From contig JBKJJJ010000174.1 of the NCBI GenBank assembly GCA_046598045.1, forward strand, positions 49,291 through 113,290: a DNA stretch of 64,000 nt. The letters run 5' to 3'. A program made the position numbers and the translations under genes. The notes beneath the pieces were generated by a model. It worked only from the letters and a program-made list of their open reading frames with translations, was not told where the DNA came from and ran no database searches. How positions within the stretch are numbered: the stretch's first letter is position 1; each line of letters begins with the position of its first letter. The DNA is from Candidatus Eiseniibacteriota bacterium (GTDB lineage: Bacteria; Eisenbacteria; RBG-16-71-46; DASYSL01). Positions 47,408 to 57,403 of this stretch are shown piece after piece.

Positions 47408-48559
47408 ATGGGTGCGCCCGCATCGGCCGATTTGGATCGCGATTTGCGCGTGTTTTTCGCGCAGGGCCTCGCCGCGCCCGCCGACGAGCGCGCGTTCAAC
47501 GACCTCGCGCTGCGCGTGTTCGCCTACCAGTACGAAGCGCTCGCACCCTACAAGGCGTACTGCCAGAAACGGGGCGCGCTGCCCCAACGCCTGCGCACCT
47601 GGGCCGAGATCCCGCCCGTGCCGGCGCAGGCGTTTCGCGACCTGCGCCTGTGGTGCGACGACGACGGCGCGCCGGCCGCGGTGTTCCGGACCTCGGGCAC
47701 CACGGCGCAAGGCCGTCCCGGCGAACACTACATGAGCGCCAGCGGGCTTGCACTCTACGACGCCTCGCTCCTGCCCACGTTCCGCGCGTTCGTCCTGCCG
47801 GAGCTCTCCGACGAGGCGGACGCGCGCTCGACGATTGCGCTGCTCGCGCTCGGACCGCCGCCCGCCGAGGCGCCGCACTCCTCGCTCTGGCACATGGTGG
47901 GCGTCGCCGGCCGCGCGCTGTTCGAGCGCCCCGCGCGCTGGTTCCTGCCCGCTGCCGGCCTCGACGCGCCCGGCCTCGAGCGCGCGTTCGCCGAGGGTGG
48001 CGCGGCGTGCCTGGTCGCGACCGATCTCGCGCTCGACGCGTATCTCGAGTCCGCGCTGGCGCGCGGCTTCCGGGTCGCGCTGCCCGCCGGGTCGCGGCTC
48101 GTCCACACGGGCGGAGCCAAGGGCAAGCGGCGCGGGGTCGCGCCGGAATCGCTCTACGTTCGGGCGCGGGCCGTGCTCGGCCTCGCGCCGGAGCGCTGCG
48201 TCAGCGAATACGGCATGACCGAGCTCGCCTCCCAGTTCTATGAGGACACGCTGCGCGACACCCCAGCGTCCGCGCCGCCGCGGCTCAAGCACGCGCCGCC
48301 CTGGCTGCGCGCGATCGTAGTCGACGCCCGGACGCTCGAGCCGGTCGCGCCCGGCAGCTCCGGCCTCCTGCGCCTCTTCGATCTCGCGAACCGCGGCTCG
48401 GTGATGGCGATCCAGAGTGAGGACCGCGCCGCCTGTGCGACCGACGAGGAACTCGGCAGCTCTCCGGGGTTGGGCGCGCGGCCGTTCCGCCTGCTCGGGC
48501 GCGCGCTGGGCACCGAGCCCCGCGGCTGCTCGCTCGCCGCCGAGGAGGCGCTCGCGTGA
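47408..48559 (+). CDS. LuxE-family acyl-protein synthetase
   Basis: FRTSGTT, HTGGAKG, SEYGMTELASQFY, DLANRGSV.AIQSED, LGR...EPRGCS. Confidence 0.85.
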   Translation: MGAPASADLDRDLRVFFAQGLAAPADERAFNDLALRVFAYQYEALAPYKAYCQKRGALPQRLRTWAEIPPVPAQAFRDLRLWCDDDGAPAAVFRTSGTTAQGRPGEHYMSASGLALYDASLLPTFRAFVLPELSDEADARSTIALLALGPPPAEAPHSSLWHMVGVAGRALFERPARWFLPAAGLDAPGLERAFAEGGAACLVATDLALDAYLESALARGFRVALPAGSRLVHTGGAKGKRRGVAPESLYVRARAVLGLAPERCVSEYGMTELASQFYEDTLRDTPASAPPRLKHAPPWLRAIVVDARTLEPVAPGSSGLLRLFDLANRGSVMAIQSEDRAACATDEELGSSPGLGARPFRLLGRALGTEPRGCSLAAEEALA

Positions 48560-49878
48560 GCCTCGCGCCCGATCCGCTCGTCGACTCGCCGGTCGCGCAT
48601 CCGGTCACCGCCGCTCAGGTGGGCGCGATCTGGGAGGAGCTGTCGGACGCGCGGGGCGCGCTCGATCACCGGCTCGCCGCGGATCTCCTGCCCGCGCTCG
48701 TCGGCGCGATGCGCCGGCTGACCGCGCCGACGGGGCCCTACCGGCAGCGCCTGCTCGATGGGCTCGCGCAATCGACCGGCTGGAACAGCGGCGCGATCGA
48801 GGAGGGCCTGGCACGCTTCACACGCGCCTACACCGAGAACGCGCTGCGGGCAGCGATCGTGCGCGCGGTCGGGTCGCTCGAGACGCTCGATCGGCGCGGG
48901 CAGCGGCGCGCAATGAGCCCGCGCGGCGTGTTCCTCGCGCTCGCCTCGACCATTCCGTGGGCCGGCATCGAGTCGCTCACGTGGGCACTGCTCGCGCGCT
49001 CGACCTGCCTGGTGCGCGTCTCGGCGGGAGAGCCGTGGACCGTGCCTTTGTTCCTCGATGCGCTCGCCGAGGAGTACCCGCCGCTGGCGCGCACTGCAGC
49101 CGCGCTCTACTGGCCGTCGGACGACGCCGAGGCGCACGGCGCCGCGATCGCGTACCCCGAGGCCGCGGTGGTCTACGGCGATGACGACTCGGTGGCGACC
49201 TGGCGTGCGCTCGCCGCCCGGCGCGCGAACCCGCCGCGCGTGATCGAGCACGGGCACCGCATGTCGGTCGCGATCGTGGGCCGCGGATCGCTCGCGCCCG
49301 GTGTCGCCGACCAGGTCGCCGACGTGCTCGTGCGCGAAGCCGCGCTCTACGACCGGGACGGCTGCCTGTCGCCGACGATCGCCTATCTCGAGGCTTCGGG
49401 CGCGATCCGCCCCGAGGATTTCGGCGAGCGCTGTGCGCGCGCGCAGGCGCGCTGGGCCGAACGCTGGCCCGCCCGGCTGCCCGACGACGCGCAGGCCTCG
49501 GCCACGCACCAGGCGCGCGGCACGTGCGAGCTCGCGGGCGGGCAGGTGTGGGCCGCGCCCGACGCGACGTGGACAGTGGCGCTCGATCGCCGCGATCCGC
49601 CGCCCGCGCCGGTCGCCGGGCGCTTCCTCTGGCTCCACCAGTTCACCGACTTCGAGGGGCTGCGCGCGCAACTCTCCTCCTGGGGCGACCGGCTCTCGAC
49701 CATCGGCGTCTCGGCCTGGAAGGCGCGCGACGCCGAGCTGATCACGATCATCGGCCCGAGCGGCGCGACGCGCGTCTGCCCGCTGGCCACGATGCAGGAT
49801 CCACCGCTGGACCGATTCCACGACGGGCGCTCCGAGCTCGCCGACCTGCTGCGCATTCGCGACTGGGAGCTTGCATGA
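48556..49878 (+). CDS. LuxC-family acyl-CoA reductase
   Basis: VVYGDDDSV, EHGHRMS, YDRDGCLSP, GATRVCP...MQ.PP....HDG. Confidence 0.85.
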   Translation: MSLAPDPLVDSPVAHPVTAAQVGAIWEELSDARGALDHRLAADLLPALVGAMRRLTAPTGPYRQRLLDGLAQSTGWNSGAIEEGLARFTRAYTENALRAAIVRAVGSLETLDRRGQRRAMSPRGVFLALASTIPWAGIESLTWALLARSTCLVRVSAGEPWTVPLFLDALAEEYPPLARTAAALYWPSDDAEAHGAAIAYPEAAVVYGDDDSVATWRALAARRANPPRVIEHGHRMSVAIVGRGSLAPGVADQVADVLVREAALYDRDGCLSPTIAYLEASGAIRPEDFGERCARAQARWAERWPARLPDDAQASATHQARGTCELAGGQVWAAPDATWTVALDRRDPPPAPVAGRFLWLHQFTDFEGLRAQLSSWGDRLSTIGVSAWKARDAELITIIGPSGATRVCPLATMQDPPLDRFHDGRSELADLLRIRDWELA

Positions 49879-50276
49879 CCGCCTGCCTGCGCTGTGGAAA
49901 GCCTGCCGATGGCCGGTTGCGCGCCGCGATCTGGGAAGAGGAAGAGAAGGGCCGCCTCGGCGCGCGACCCGTGACGCTGTGCGCCGCCTGCCACAAGGCG
50001 TTCCTCAAGGGGAACGTCACGCGCGTCGAGATCGGCCGCGCCTATCACGCGGCGAAAGGCATCGAGCCGCGCGGCTGGATCGGGCGCATCGACCGCGACC
50101 TGCTGCTCAACATCGTGTGCCTCGAATGTGGCGTGATCCTGCCGCTCGAGTCGGCCGACGACGCGCCGGCCTCGGACCACGACGCGCTGCCCGACACGCG
50201 CTGCCGCGAGTGCGGCACGACCAACCGCTTCGCCCGCCGCGGCGAGCGCTGGATCACGGCCGAGATCGTGCCGTGA
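49875..50276 (+). CDS. Zinc-finger protein (four CxxC pairs)
   Basis: CLRC, CAACH, CLEC, CREC; ATGA overlap with the LuxC-like gene. Confidence 0.7.
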   Translation: MTACLRCGKPADGRLRAAIWEEEEKGRLGARPVTLCAACHKAFLKGNVTRVEIGRAYHAAKGIEPRGWIGRIDRDLLLNIVCLECGVILPLESADDAPASDHDALPDTRCRECGTTNRFARRGERWITAEIVP

Positions 50277-50917
50277 GCAAGGTCGTCCCGCTCGAGTTCC
50301 CGTACTACTTCGTCTGCCTGGTGGGCGTGATGCTGGCGTGGGTGGGCTTCACGCTCGCGTTCGTCGTGTTCAAGCCGAAGACGCCGAAGGCCGCCCAGTC
50401 GCCCGCGGGGCCCCAGGAGAAGCCGGAGATCAAGACCCGCGACCGGCGCTCGCTCGGCGGCGTCCTGCTGCAATCGGTCGGCTATTTCCTGATGTGGCTC
50501 TCGTTCCGCCCGCCGTTCCCGACGCTCTCGCTGTTGCCCGCCCCGCTTGCGCTCGCACTGGCGGCCTTCGCGGTCGTGCTCGCGTGGGCGGCGGCGAGCT
50601 TTGCGTTCTGGGCGCAGCGCACGCTCGGCAAGGAATGGAGCTTCCAGGCGCGCCTGGTGGAGGGGCACCGCCTGGTGAACACGGGCCCGTACGCGATCGT
50701 GCGCCACCCGATCTACACGGCGATGTGCGGCATGTGGCTCGCGACCGCGCTCGCGATCGCGCGCCCGTGGGGCATCGTGCTCGGCGTGGTGCCGATGTTT
50801 CTCGGCACGCTGATCCGCGTCAAGCTCGAGGACGCGCTGCTGCGCGGCGCGTTCGGCGACAAGTTCGAGGAGTGGGCGAAGCGGGTGCCGGCGGTGGTGC
50901 CGATCCCGAAGGGCTAG
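50273..50917 (+). CDS. ICMT/PEMT family membrane methyltransferase
   Basis: LGKEWS, HRLVNTGPYAIVRHPIY, EDALL..AFG. Confidence 0.88.
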   Translation: MSKVVPLEFPYYFVCLVGVMLAWVGFTLAFVVFKPKTPKAAQSPAGPQEKPEIKTRDRRSLGGVLLQSVGYFLMWLSFRPPFPTLSLLPAPLALALAAFAVVLAWAAASFAFWAQRTLGKEWSFQARLVEGHRLVNTGPYAIVRHPIYTAMCGMWLATALAIARPWGIVLGVVPMFLGTLIRVKLEDALLRGAFGDKFEEWAKRVPAVVPIPKG

Positions 50918-50942
50918 CCTAACTCGAACCACCGGCCCAGCC

Positions 50943-52646
50943 TCAGCGCAGAACGACGAACTTGGCTCCGTCGGACATCTCCCCGCTCTGATCGCGCACC
51001 CGCGCGAAGTACACACCCGGACGGATCCCACCCCCCTGGAGTGGAATCTTCAGCGTCTGTGCGTCACGATCGGCTCGTTGGACCCTTGCCTGCTGAACTA
51101 CGCGGCCCGCGAGATCATAGATCGTGACCGTGAGTTCGGATCCGATCGCATCGCTCAAATCAAGCGTGAGCGCGTCGGTCGTGAAGCCCCGCGGACGAGC
51201 CTCGAAGTGCCGCTTGCGGCCGCCTCCCGGGGAAAATCGCGCAATCGGGCTGAGCCACTCGAACCGCGAGTCGACGCTCTCGCGGCGAATGCGGTACGAA
51301 ATGTCGTCCCTCTGAGACCACCCCGAACGATTATCGAGGTCCGTCCAACTCATCGCGAGACTTGCTCCCGCCTGGAGCCGGGCGACCGCTGCGAATTCGC
51401 CAGCCCCGGTTCGCCGCAACACCGACCACCACGTCCCGGGAGCCAAGGTCGAGAGCGTCCAGGTCAATCGGGGATGTCCCTGGGAGACGTCCACCGCGGG
51501 AACGCTCGTGGTCGCGGAGGTATGGGTGTGCGTATAGCGGAAAGGCTGAAAGGATTCGGACCACGCGACCCAGGCGTCGCCGTTGCGGTCACGTCCGATC
51601 GACGGAACGGCGCCATATCCACTGCTGTAGAACTGATCGCCCGGATCCCAGCCATGATCATTGGGGAAGTTGACGACGACACCGGCGGAGCCGTCGAGAT
51701 AGTTGGTGTACGCCCACGTCACGAGCGGTCGGTAGGCGGCGTCCCGGCTCAGGTCGGTCGAGAGGGCCTCGGCCCCGCGCGGCGTCGTGATCGCAGGACA
51801 GAACAGCGTCTCCGGGGCCGACCACACGTGGCCGTCGAACCGCCGGAGAAAGACGCTCTGTTCCCCGCTGCTCCACGTCATCCAGGCGCCGCCACCGGCA
51901 CTAAATCGAAGTCGGGGACCGCCCGCGAACCCGGATGTGAGGATTTCGGGAGAGCGCTCCCACCGGCTTCCGCGAAGAACTCCCCAGTCAAGCGGCTCTC
52001 CGTTTCCAGCCCATGCCATGAGCGCGGTCGTGTCGTCGAGCGCGACCAGGTTGAGGCCGTAGTTGCCGATCGCTCCCGTCGAGACTTCATTCCATCGGTC
52101 GCGCTCATCGGAATAGAACAGGCGGAGAACACCACGGTCCTCGATCGCCACCCATCGTCTAGGATCTCGAAACGCGCCACCGTACGAGGTTCGAAATTGG
52201 CCGACTTGAGCCACGATCTCGGGCGGGGTCGGGTGATCGTCGATCACCTCGGAAACGAAAAACGTGTGGTCCGTCGCGTAGGATCCGCCAGTGTACACGA
52301 GGGGATAGCGTCCGACGGGCGCGTCGACAGCATACAGTCCGAGCGGGTTCGCCCCAAGGGTCCACCACGGCTCCCACAAGCTCCCAAGCCACTTGTACGC
52401 AAGTCCGTCGTCCTGCTGCGAGTCCTGATACAGAACCCCCGTTCCGATCAGCAGAGGACTTCCGGTGGCGGTCATCTCGACCCGCGGGACCACGAGTTCA
52501 TTGAACCCGGAAACCTGTAGCACCTCGACGTCTCCCCACTCCCTGCCGGCAGGAGCCGCCACCGCTAGCATAGGAACCAACCAAGCAACGAGTCCGAGGC
52601 CTCTGACAAGAAGGCCGACGGCATCGCATTTCGACTTCCGCCCCAT
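50943..52646 (-). CDS. Secreted repeat protein with T9SS-like C-terminal domain
   Basis: Signal peptide; W-rich blade-like repeats; IYDLAGRVV...PGVYFARV...KFVVLR. Confidence 0.75.
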   Translation of the reverse strand: MGRKSKCDAVGLLVRGLGLVAWLVPMLAVAAPAGREWGDVEVLQVSGFNELVVPRVEMTATGSPLLIGTGVLYQDSQQDDGLAYKWLGSLWEPWWTLGANPLGLYAVDAPVGRYPLVYTGGSYATDHTFFVSEVIDDHPTPPEIVAQVGQFRTSYGGAFRDPRRWVAIEDRGVLRLFYSDERDRWNEVSTGAIGNYGLNLVALDDTTALMAWAGNGEPLDWGVLRGSRWERSPEILTSGFAGGPRLRFSAGGGAWMTWSSGEQSVFLRRFDGHVWSAPETLFCPAITTPRGAEALSTDLSRDAAYRPLVTWAYTNYLDGSAGVVVNFPNDHGWDPGDQFYSSGYGAVPSIGRDRNGDAWVAWSESFQPFRYTHTHTSATTSVPAVDVSQGHPRLTWTLSTLAPGTWWSVLRRTGAGEFAAVARLQAGASLAMSWTDLDNRSGWSQRDDISYRIRRESVDSRFEWLSPIARFSPGGGRKRHFEARPRGFTTDALTLDLSDAIGSELTVTIYDLAGRVVQQARVQRADRDAQTLKIPLQGGGIRPGVYFARVRDQSGEMSDGAKFVVLR

Positions 52647-52840
52647 CATGACCTCCACATTCTTGGCATCGCCATCAATTCTAGCTTGCCCCCCCCCCCC
52701 TAATCGAGCGCAGAATGTTTGCCGAACTCCGTCGGCCGGTTAGCCACCCCCCGGCTCAGCCTTCCATAGCCGCAAGTGCCCTTCCGACTGCGCCCTGCAA
52801 ATCGCCCTGGGAAACGCCCCTCCCGCCTTGGAGGTTCGAC

Positions 52841-55800
52841 ATGGACGTCAAAGTTCCCTCCTCAGCAACTGCGCTCGCCCTGGCGGCGGTGCTGCTCGTT
52901 TCAAGTGCAGAAGGCTCGGGGACTGGTATAAGCGTCGCCGGCGACGCTGTGACCACCTCGTCTACGACCGACACGCTCTTCTTTCCTTACAGGCCGAAGG
53001 TGACCGGAACGCAGTCTCGATATACGAGAGACTTGGAATTTCAGCTCTCTTCGCGATATTCGATTGGCCGAGGGGATGCCACTCCCGGACGAATCGGATC
53101 CGATAATTTGACGCTGATAAATTTCGGCGCGACTCTCACCGACTCGATCGGCAAGAACCCGTTCAACGCGCCATACTCGGATTTGCATCTCGGCTACGAC
53201 TATTTTTCCAGGACAGGCCAGCAGTACGATCCAAACCCATTCAACCCAGTCGGCTTCACTCTCCCCATCAGCGACGGGAGCTACCCGACGGTCGACAAGG
53301 CCCATGTCGACTTCTACATCTTCGAACCGGGGCAGACCCAGGCCCTGAACTTCAGAGGTAGTGGAAGCGCTCCGTCGTTCTTCACGACACCGAAGGAAGA
53401 TTCCTCGACCGGGCATTGGTCGTCGCCGACGAACTTCACCGTCCTTCCGAAGAATTCGGCCATGGGTGTCGGCCCGTCTCGCGCTGCGCTTGCGGATGTC
53501 GGGGGGACCGGCTGGACGCGGCCCGGACAGGCAGCCAACTGGACCTTCACGCATGAATTTCAGCACCTCGTTTCTGGAGGCTCAGCCTCTACGGGGAATG
53601 CGCTGGAGGAGCTCTTCTCCGCCGGCGCTGAGGTGCTCACCGGGGACTTGCCGAGTGATGCAGCAGCCTTCGATTACGCGTACACTTGGAGCTTATTGGT
53701 CAACGACAATGTCGGTCTGGGTGGCGTGAGAAGTGCCGGGGCGAACTACGCGGGCAGGCGACTCCTCGCGGCGTATCTCTTGTACAACTATCGCAATCAG
53801 GATACGACGGCGACGCTGAACGTGGGCTCGACGGTCGGGGGATTTGCGGACGACCTCTTCTATCGCTGGGCGCGGGAATCGTTACGAACTTTCGGCAGCC
53901 TCCAGGGCCTGCTCTCGAACGCCAGTTGCTACACTTGTTCTCTCCGCCCCTCGTTGAGTCCCGGAGGGCAACCGCTCTCGGACTACGATCGCCTGCAACT
54001 CGTGATTCACCAGATGAGGGTGGCCAGCTTCGTCAACAACCCGTTCCTCGCGGCCGACGCGAGCGGTTACGGCCCGTACGGCTATCCGCCCCGGTTCGGC
54101 TTCTCGCCCGCGGCCGACGTGGGCGCCTGGCGGGACATCGATCCCAACGGCCCTAACGTCGTCGCCATTCCGCAGGAAGTGACGGCGCGGCCGGGTTGGG
54201 TCTCGCGCGACACGGTCCTCTCGAAGGACCGCTCGAGGGACGGGGTCTCCTACCCGCTCGTTCTGCAGCCGTATGGGTCGGAGTACTGGGTGATCCGGTC
54301 CACTTCCGGCATCTCCGCGGGCACGGACTTGATGGTTCGGGTGGAGTCCGACAGCATTTTTCGGACGTCGACGCTCTTGGGGCTGTACTGTCTTCCGCTT
54401 GGCAAGCTGGATGCCCGGCTGATGGCGACCGTGGTGGGCTATACGCAGCAATCCGACAGCCTCTGGGCTCACCCCGAGTACGCGGGAACGGTCCTCGACA
54501 CGCGTTGGGTGGACGTCGACAGCCTCGCCGGCGAGTTCGTCTTCTCCCTGCCGAACTTCGGCACGCAGTACCGTGCTGCCGTCCTCACCCTGACCCTCGG
54601 AGACGGGCCGTCGTTCGGGCTCAACGCGGCCAGTAGCTTTAACACGTATCAGGAGGCCGTGCATTACCGCCTCAATCTCGGGCTGCGCAAGTCTCCACCC
54701 GCCGGGTCCGACCCCGCGGCCTTAGTCGAATCGTCGGTGACCGAGGACTATCCCGCCTGGTCCCCCAATGGGACCGAGATCGCCTACGAGTCTGCCGATG
54801 CCCCGAACTCGAGAATCATGAGAAAGCCGGTCGCCGGCGGTGCGGCCACGGTCCTTGTCAGCGCGTCGAATTCCCAGCACACGCCCGATTGGTCCCCGCG
54901 CGGCGACCGCGTCGCCTTCGCCGAAGATGCCGCAGGGGGCAATCGCCACATCCGCTCGTACAACTTGACCACGCAGGTCGCGACAGACCTGACCACGGGA
55001 ACGGTCTCCGATCTCTACCCGGTCTTCCAACCCAACGGCGAGCGGCTCGCCTACGTGCGCACCATCCCCGGCAGCGGCCAGTGGACGATTCGCCGTGTCA
55101 ACGTGGACGGAAGCAACGATGCGGCGATCCTGACGACCGCGCTGAGCACGGCCATCGTGTCTCCGCGCTGGACCCCGAACGGCCAGGCCGTCTACTTCGT
55201 CAGCAACAGTCGGCTCTATTCCGTCCCCGTGAGCGGGGGAACAGCCACTCCTCAGGACTCTCTCGGTCGAGATATCGCTACGTTCGATCTGCCGCGGGGG
55301 AGCGGTCGCCTGCTGATCGAGAACGCCGCCTCCCTGCGCTGGATCTGCGATGACGCAAACGCTCCAGCATTCATGCCCTATCGCCGCATCGCCCTGAGGG
55401 ACACGCTCGCGAGCCCGAAGGATACGGAGATGCGCTGGTATCGCACCGGCGCCAGCTTCTGGAGCCCCCGCTACTCGTTCGACAACACGCGCATCGCCTA
55501 CCGCTCGGACCAGAACGCCGCCTCAGGCGGGGATCTCTATATCGGCCAAGCCGTCTACGATCACGCGCCGACGTTCGTGAGCACGGTCACGGACACGACG
55601 GTCGGCATGGGGATCGGATTGAGCCTGAGCCTCGCCGCCAATGACCCGGACGGGGATGCCCTCACCTACTCCGGGGCCTACTTTCCAGCGGGGGCGAGCC
55701 TGATCGGCAACCTCTTCTCCTGGCCGAGCCCGGATACGACCGGCGGCCCGGTTTCGGTCGTCCTTCGAGCCCTGAGCCCGGGGGGCGCGCTCGCCAGCAA

Positions 55801-57403
55801 GGTGGTCAAGATCACGGTCGTCCCCAGGCCGGTGGCCGTTGCCACTCTGGTGGCCGATGCGGGCAGGACCACCGCGGCTGCCGCGTGGTCCGAGCCCAAT
55901 CAGCCACAGGGGCAGGCAACTTCCTACGAATTGCGCTACCTGATTAACACGACGATCACCGAGAACAATTTCTCGACGGGGACGGTCGTCTCCCAGTCGG
56001 AGGTCCCCGGACCTGCGGGAACACCGCACTGTGTCCTGATCCCGGGCATTGCTTCGTGCAAGAATCTCTCGATCGCAGTGAGGACATGGAGGAATGGCAT
56101 TCCCTCCACGATCAGCAATGTCGCGAGCGCGAGCACCGCGTGTTCGGGATCCCTTGAGGTGAGCTGCGGCGACTTCGGGCTGTGGGGTGGAGGAGGTGGC
56201 GGCGGGTTCTTGCGGGCCGGCGGTACGCGCACCGCTTCGACCTCGGGTTCCCCCGGCTCGGCCGTCTCGAACGCCACTTCGGCCTCGGAAAACTCCATAC
56301 TCGGCGACGTCCACGGAACATCCAGGGCGGACCTTCTGCGGCTGCCCACCCCGATCGAGCCCGACCACGGCGAGTACGCGATCCATGTGCGAAGGAACGA
56401 CGGCCGGACGATGGACCTCGACCAGGTCGCTCTGCTTGCGGTGGATCACGCGGACGGCGAAGCGGCCATCGCATCGAACGACGGCGTGCTGATCGGCACA
56501 TGCGCGGGAGTCGCTTCGATTCGCGACCTGCTCGGGCAGGTCGGTTCCGATGCCGCAGGACAGCTCTCCGATGGTGGGATCGTGCTCGGACGGGAGAATG
56601 CTCTCACCATCGAACTGGACGACCGGGAACCGTCGTCGGTGCTCGTGATCGACTGCGTTGCCCCGGCGGCGGAGGTCGTGCGCGATTCAGCAGGCGTTGC
56701 CGTCCAGATTCCGACCGGCGACGGCGACTGGGGGACGATCGACCTGGTGCGGCCACGTGCGGCGGCGGATCGGAGGGCCGTCGACCTGCGAGGGTCGCAC
56801 AGCGCACGCCTCGTGGCACTCGGGAAATACACGATTCTGCGGGTTCAGCGTCTGGCCGGTTCGAGCCGTGCGAACCCGGCCGTCCTGTCGATGCTGCGAG
56901 CGAACCATTCCGTCGACGGCGATGTCGCGCCCGCGCTCCGCACCGAGGACTCGAAGGTGGCAGCGATCCGCGCGGGCGAAGCGGTGCAATTCGCCTTCGA
57001 GGCGTCACCGCCAGCCGTCGGCAAGGTCCGGGAACTGTTCCTGCAAGCTTCGGGGAGCACGGAGTCCAGCCGCCTGTCCGAGGTGGTTCCGCAGGGTTCG
57101 GCGTCGCTGGCCACAAAGAGCTTCGTCAACGCGCTTGGAATCGCGCGCCCGAATCCGACCGCGGATCGCGTGACCCTCGCCTATTCCCTCGGAGCACGGT
57201 CCGAGGTACGGCTTTCGATCTACGACGTGGCGGGACGGCTCGTGAAGATCGTCGTCCATGAGGATCAGGAGCCGGGACCCCACGAAGCCGAATGGGATGG
57301 CCGGTCGACTGCCGGAGTCAACGCGGGCCCGGGCGTATATTTCTATCGCCTCGTGCTGGCGGGCTGGCGGAGCGAAAAGAAGTTGGTGGTGCTGCGGCGT
57401 TAA
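52841..57403 (+). CDS. Large secreted protein: HExxH metallopeptidase-like domain, PD40/TolB repeats, Ig and FN3-like domains, FlgD-Ig tail
   Basis: THEFQH...EELFS; PAWSPNG, PDWSPRG repeats; ANDPDGD.LTY; RPNP...YDVAGR...WDG...PGVYFYRL; GGAGG before ATG 52841. Confidence 0.8.
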   Translation: MDVKVPSSATALALAAVLLVSSAEGSGTGISVAGDAVTTSSTTDTLFFPYRPKVTGTQSRYTRDLEFQLSSRYSIGRGDATPGRIGSDNLTLINFGATLTDSIGKNPFNAPYSDLHLGYDYFSRTGQQYDPNPFNPVGFTLPISDGSYPTVDKAHVDFYIFEPGQTQALNFRGSGSAPSFFTTPKEDSSTGHWSSPTNFTVLPKNSAMGVGPSRAALADVGGTGWTRPGQAANWTFTHEFQHLVSGGSASTGNALEELFSAGAEVLTGDLPSDAAAFDYAYTWSLLVNDNVGLGGVRSAGANYAGRRLLAAYLLYNYRNQDTTATLNVGSTVGGFADDLFYRWARESLRTFGSLQGLLSNASCYTCSLRPSLSPGGQPLSDYDRLQLVIHQMRVASFVNNPFLAADASGYGPYGYPPRFGFSPAADVGAWRDIDPNGPNVVAIPQEVTARPGWVSRDTVLSKDRSRDGVSYPLVLQPYGSEYWVIRSTSGISAGTDLMVRVESDSIFRTSTLLGLYCLPLGKLDARLMATVVGYTQQSDSLWAHPEYAGTVLDTRWVDVDSLAGEFVFSLPNFGTQYRAAVLTLTLGDGPSFGLNAASSFNTYQEAVHYRLNLGLRKSPPAGSDPAALVESSVTEDYPAWSPNGTEIAYESADAPNSRIMRKPVAGGAATVLVSASNSQHTPDWSPRGDRVAFAEDAAGGNRHIRSYNLTTQVATDLTTGTVSDLYPVFQPNGERLAYVRTIPGSGQWTIRRVNVDGSNDAAILTTALSTAIVSPRWTPNGQAVYFVSNSRLYSVPVSGGTATPQDSLGRDIATFDLPRGSGRLLIENAASLRWICDDANAPAFMPYRRIALRDTLASPKDTEMRWYRTGASFWSPRYSFDNTRIAYRSDQNAASGGDLYIGQAVYDHAPTFVSTVTDTTVGMGIGLSLSLAANDPDGDALTYSGAYFPAGASLIGNLFSWPSPDTTGGPVSVVLRALSPGGALASKVVKITVVPRPVAVATLVADAGRTTAAAAWSEPNQPQGQATSYELRYLINTTITENNFSTGTVVSQSEVPGPAGTPHCVLIPGIASCKNLSIAVRTWRNGIPSTISNVASASTACSGSLEVSCGDFGLWGGGGGGGFLRAGGTRTASTSGSPGSAVSNATSASENSILGDVHGTSRADLLRLPTPIEPDHGEYAIHVRRNDGRTMDLDQVALLAVDHADGEAAIASNDGVLIGTCAGVASIRDLLGQVGSDAAGQLSDGGIVLGRENALTIELDDREPSSVLVIDCVAPAAEVVRDSAGVAVQIPTGDGDWGTIDLVRPRAAADRRAVDLRGSHSARLVALGKYTILRVQRLAGSSRANPAVLSMLRANHSVDGDVAPALRTEDSKVAAIRAGEAVQFAFEASPPAVGKVRELFLQASGSTESSRLSEVVPQGSASLATKSFVNALGIARPNPTADRVTLAYSLGARSEVRLSIYDVAGRLVKIVVHEDQEPGPHEAEWDGRSTAGVNAGPGVYFYRLVLAGWRSEKKLVVLRR

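Noticed and set aside
47408..49878. Bioluminescence operon
   Set aside because: No luxA, luxB or luxD in the window
49875..50276. HNH endonuclease call from LCAACH
   Set aside because: Catalytic His and Asn of the HNH motif not evident; kept as generic Zn finger
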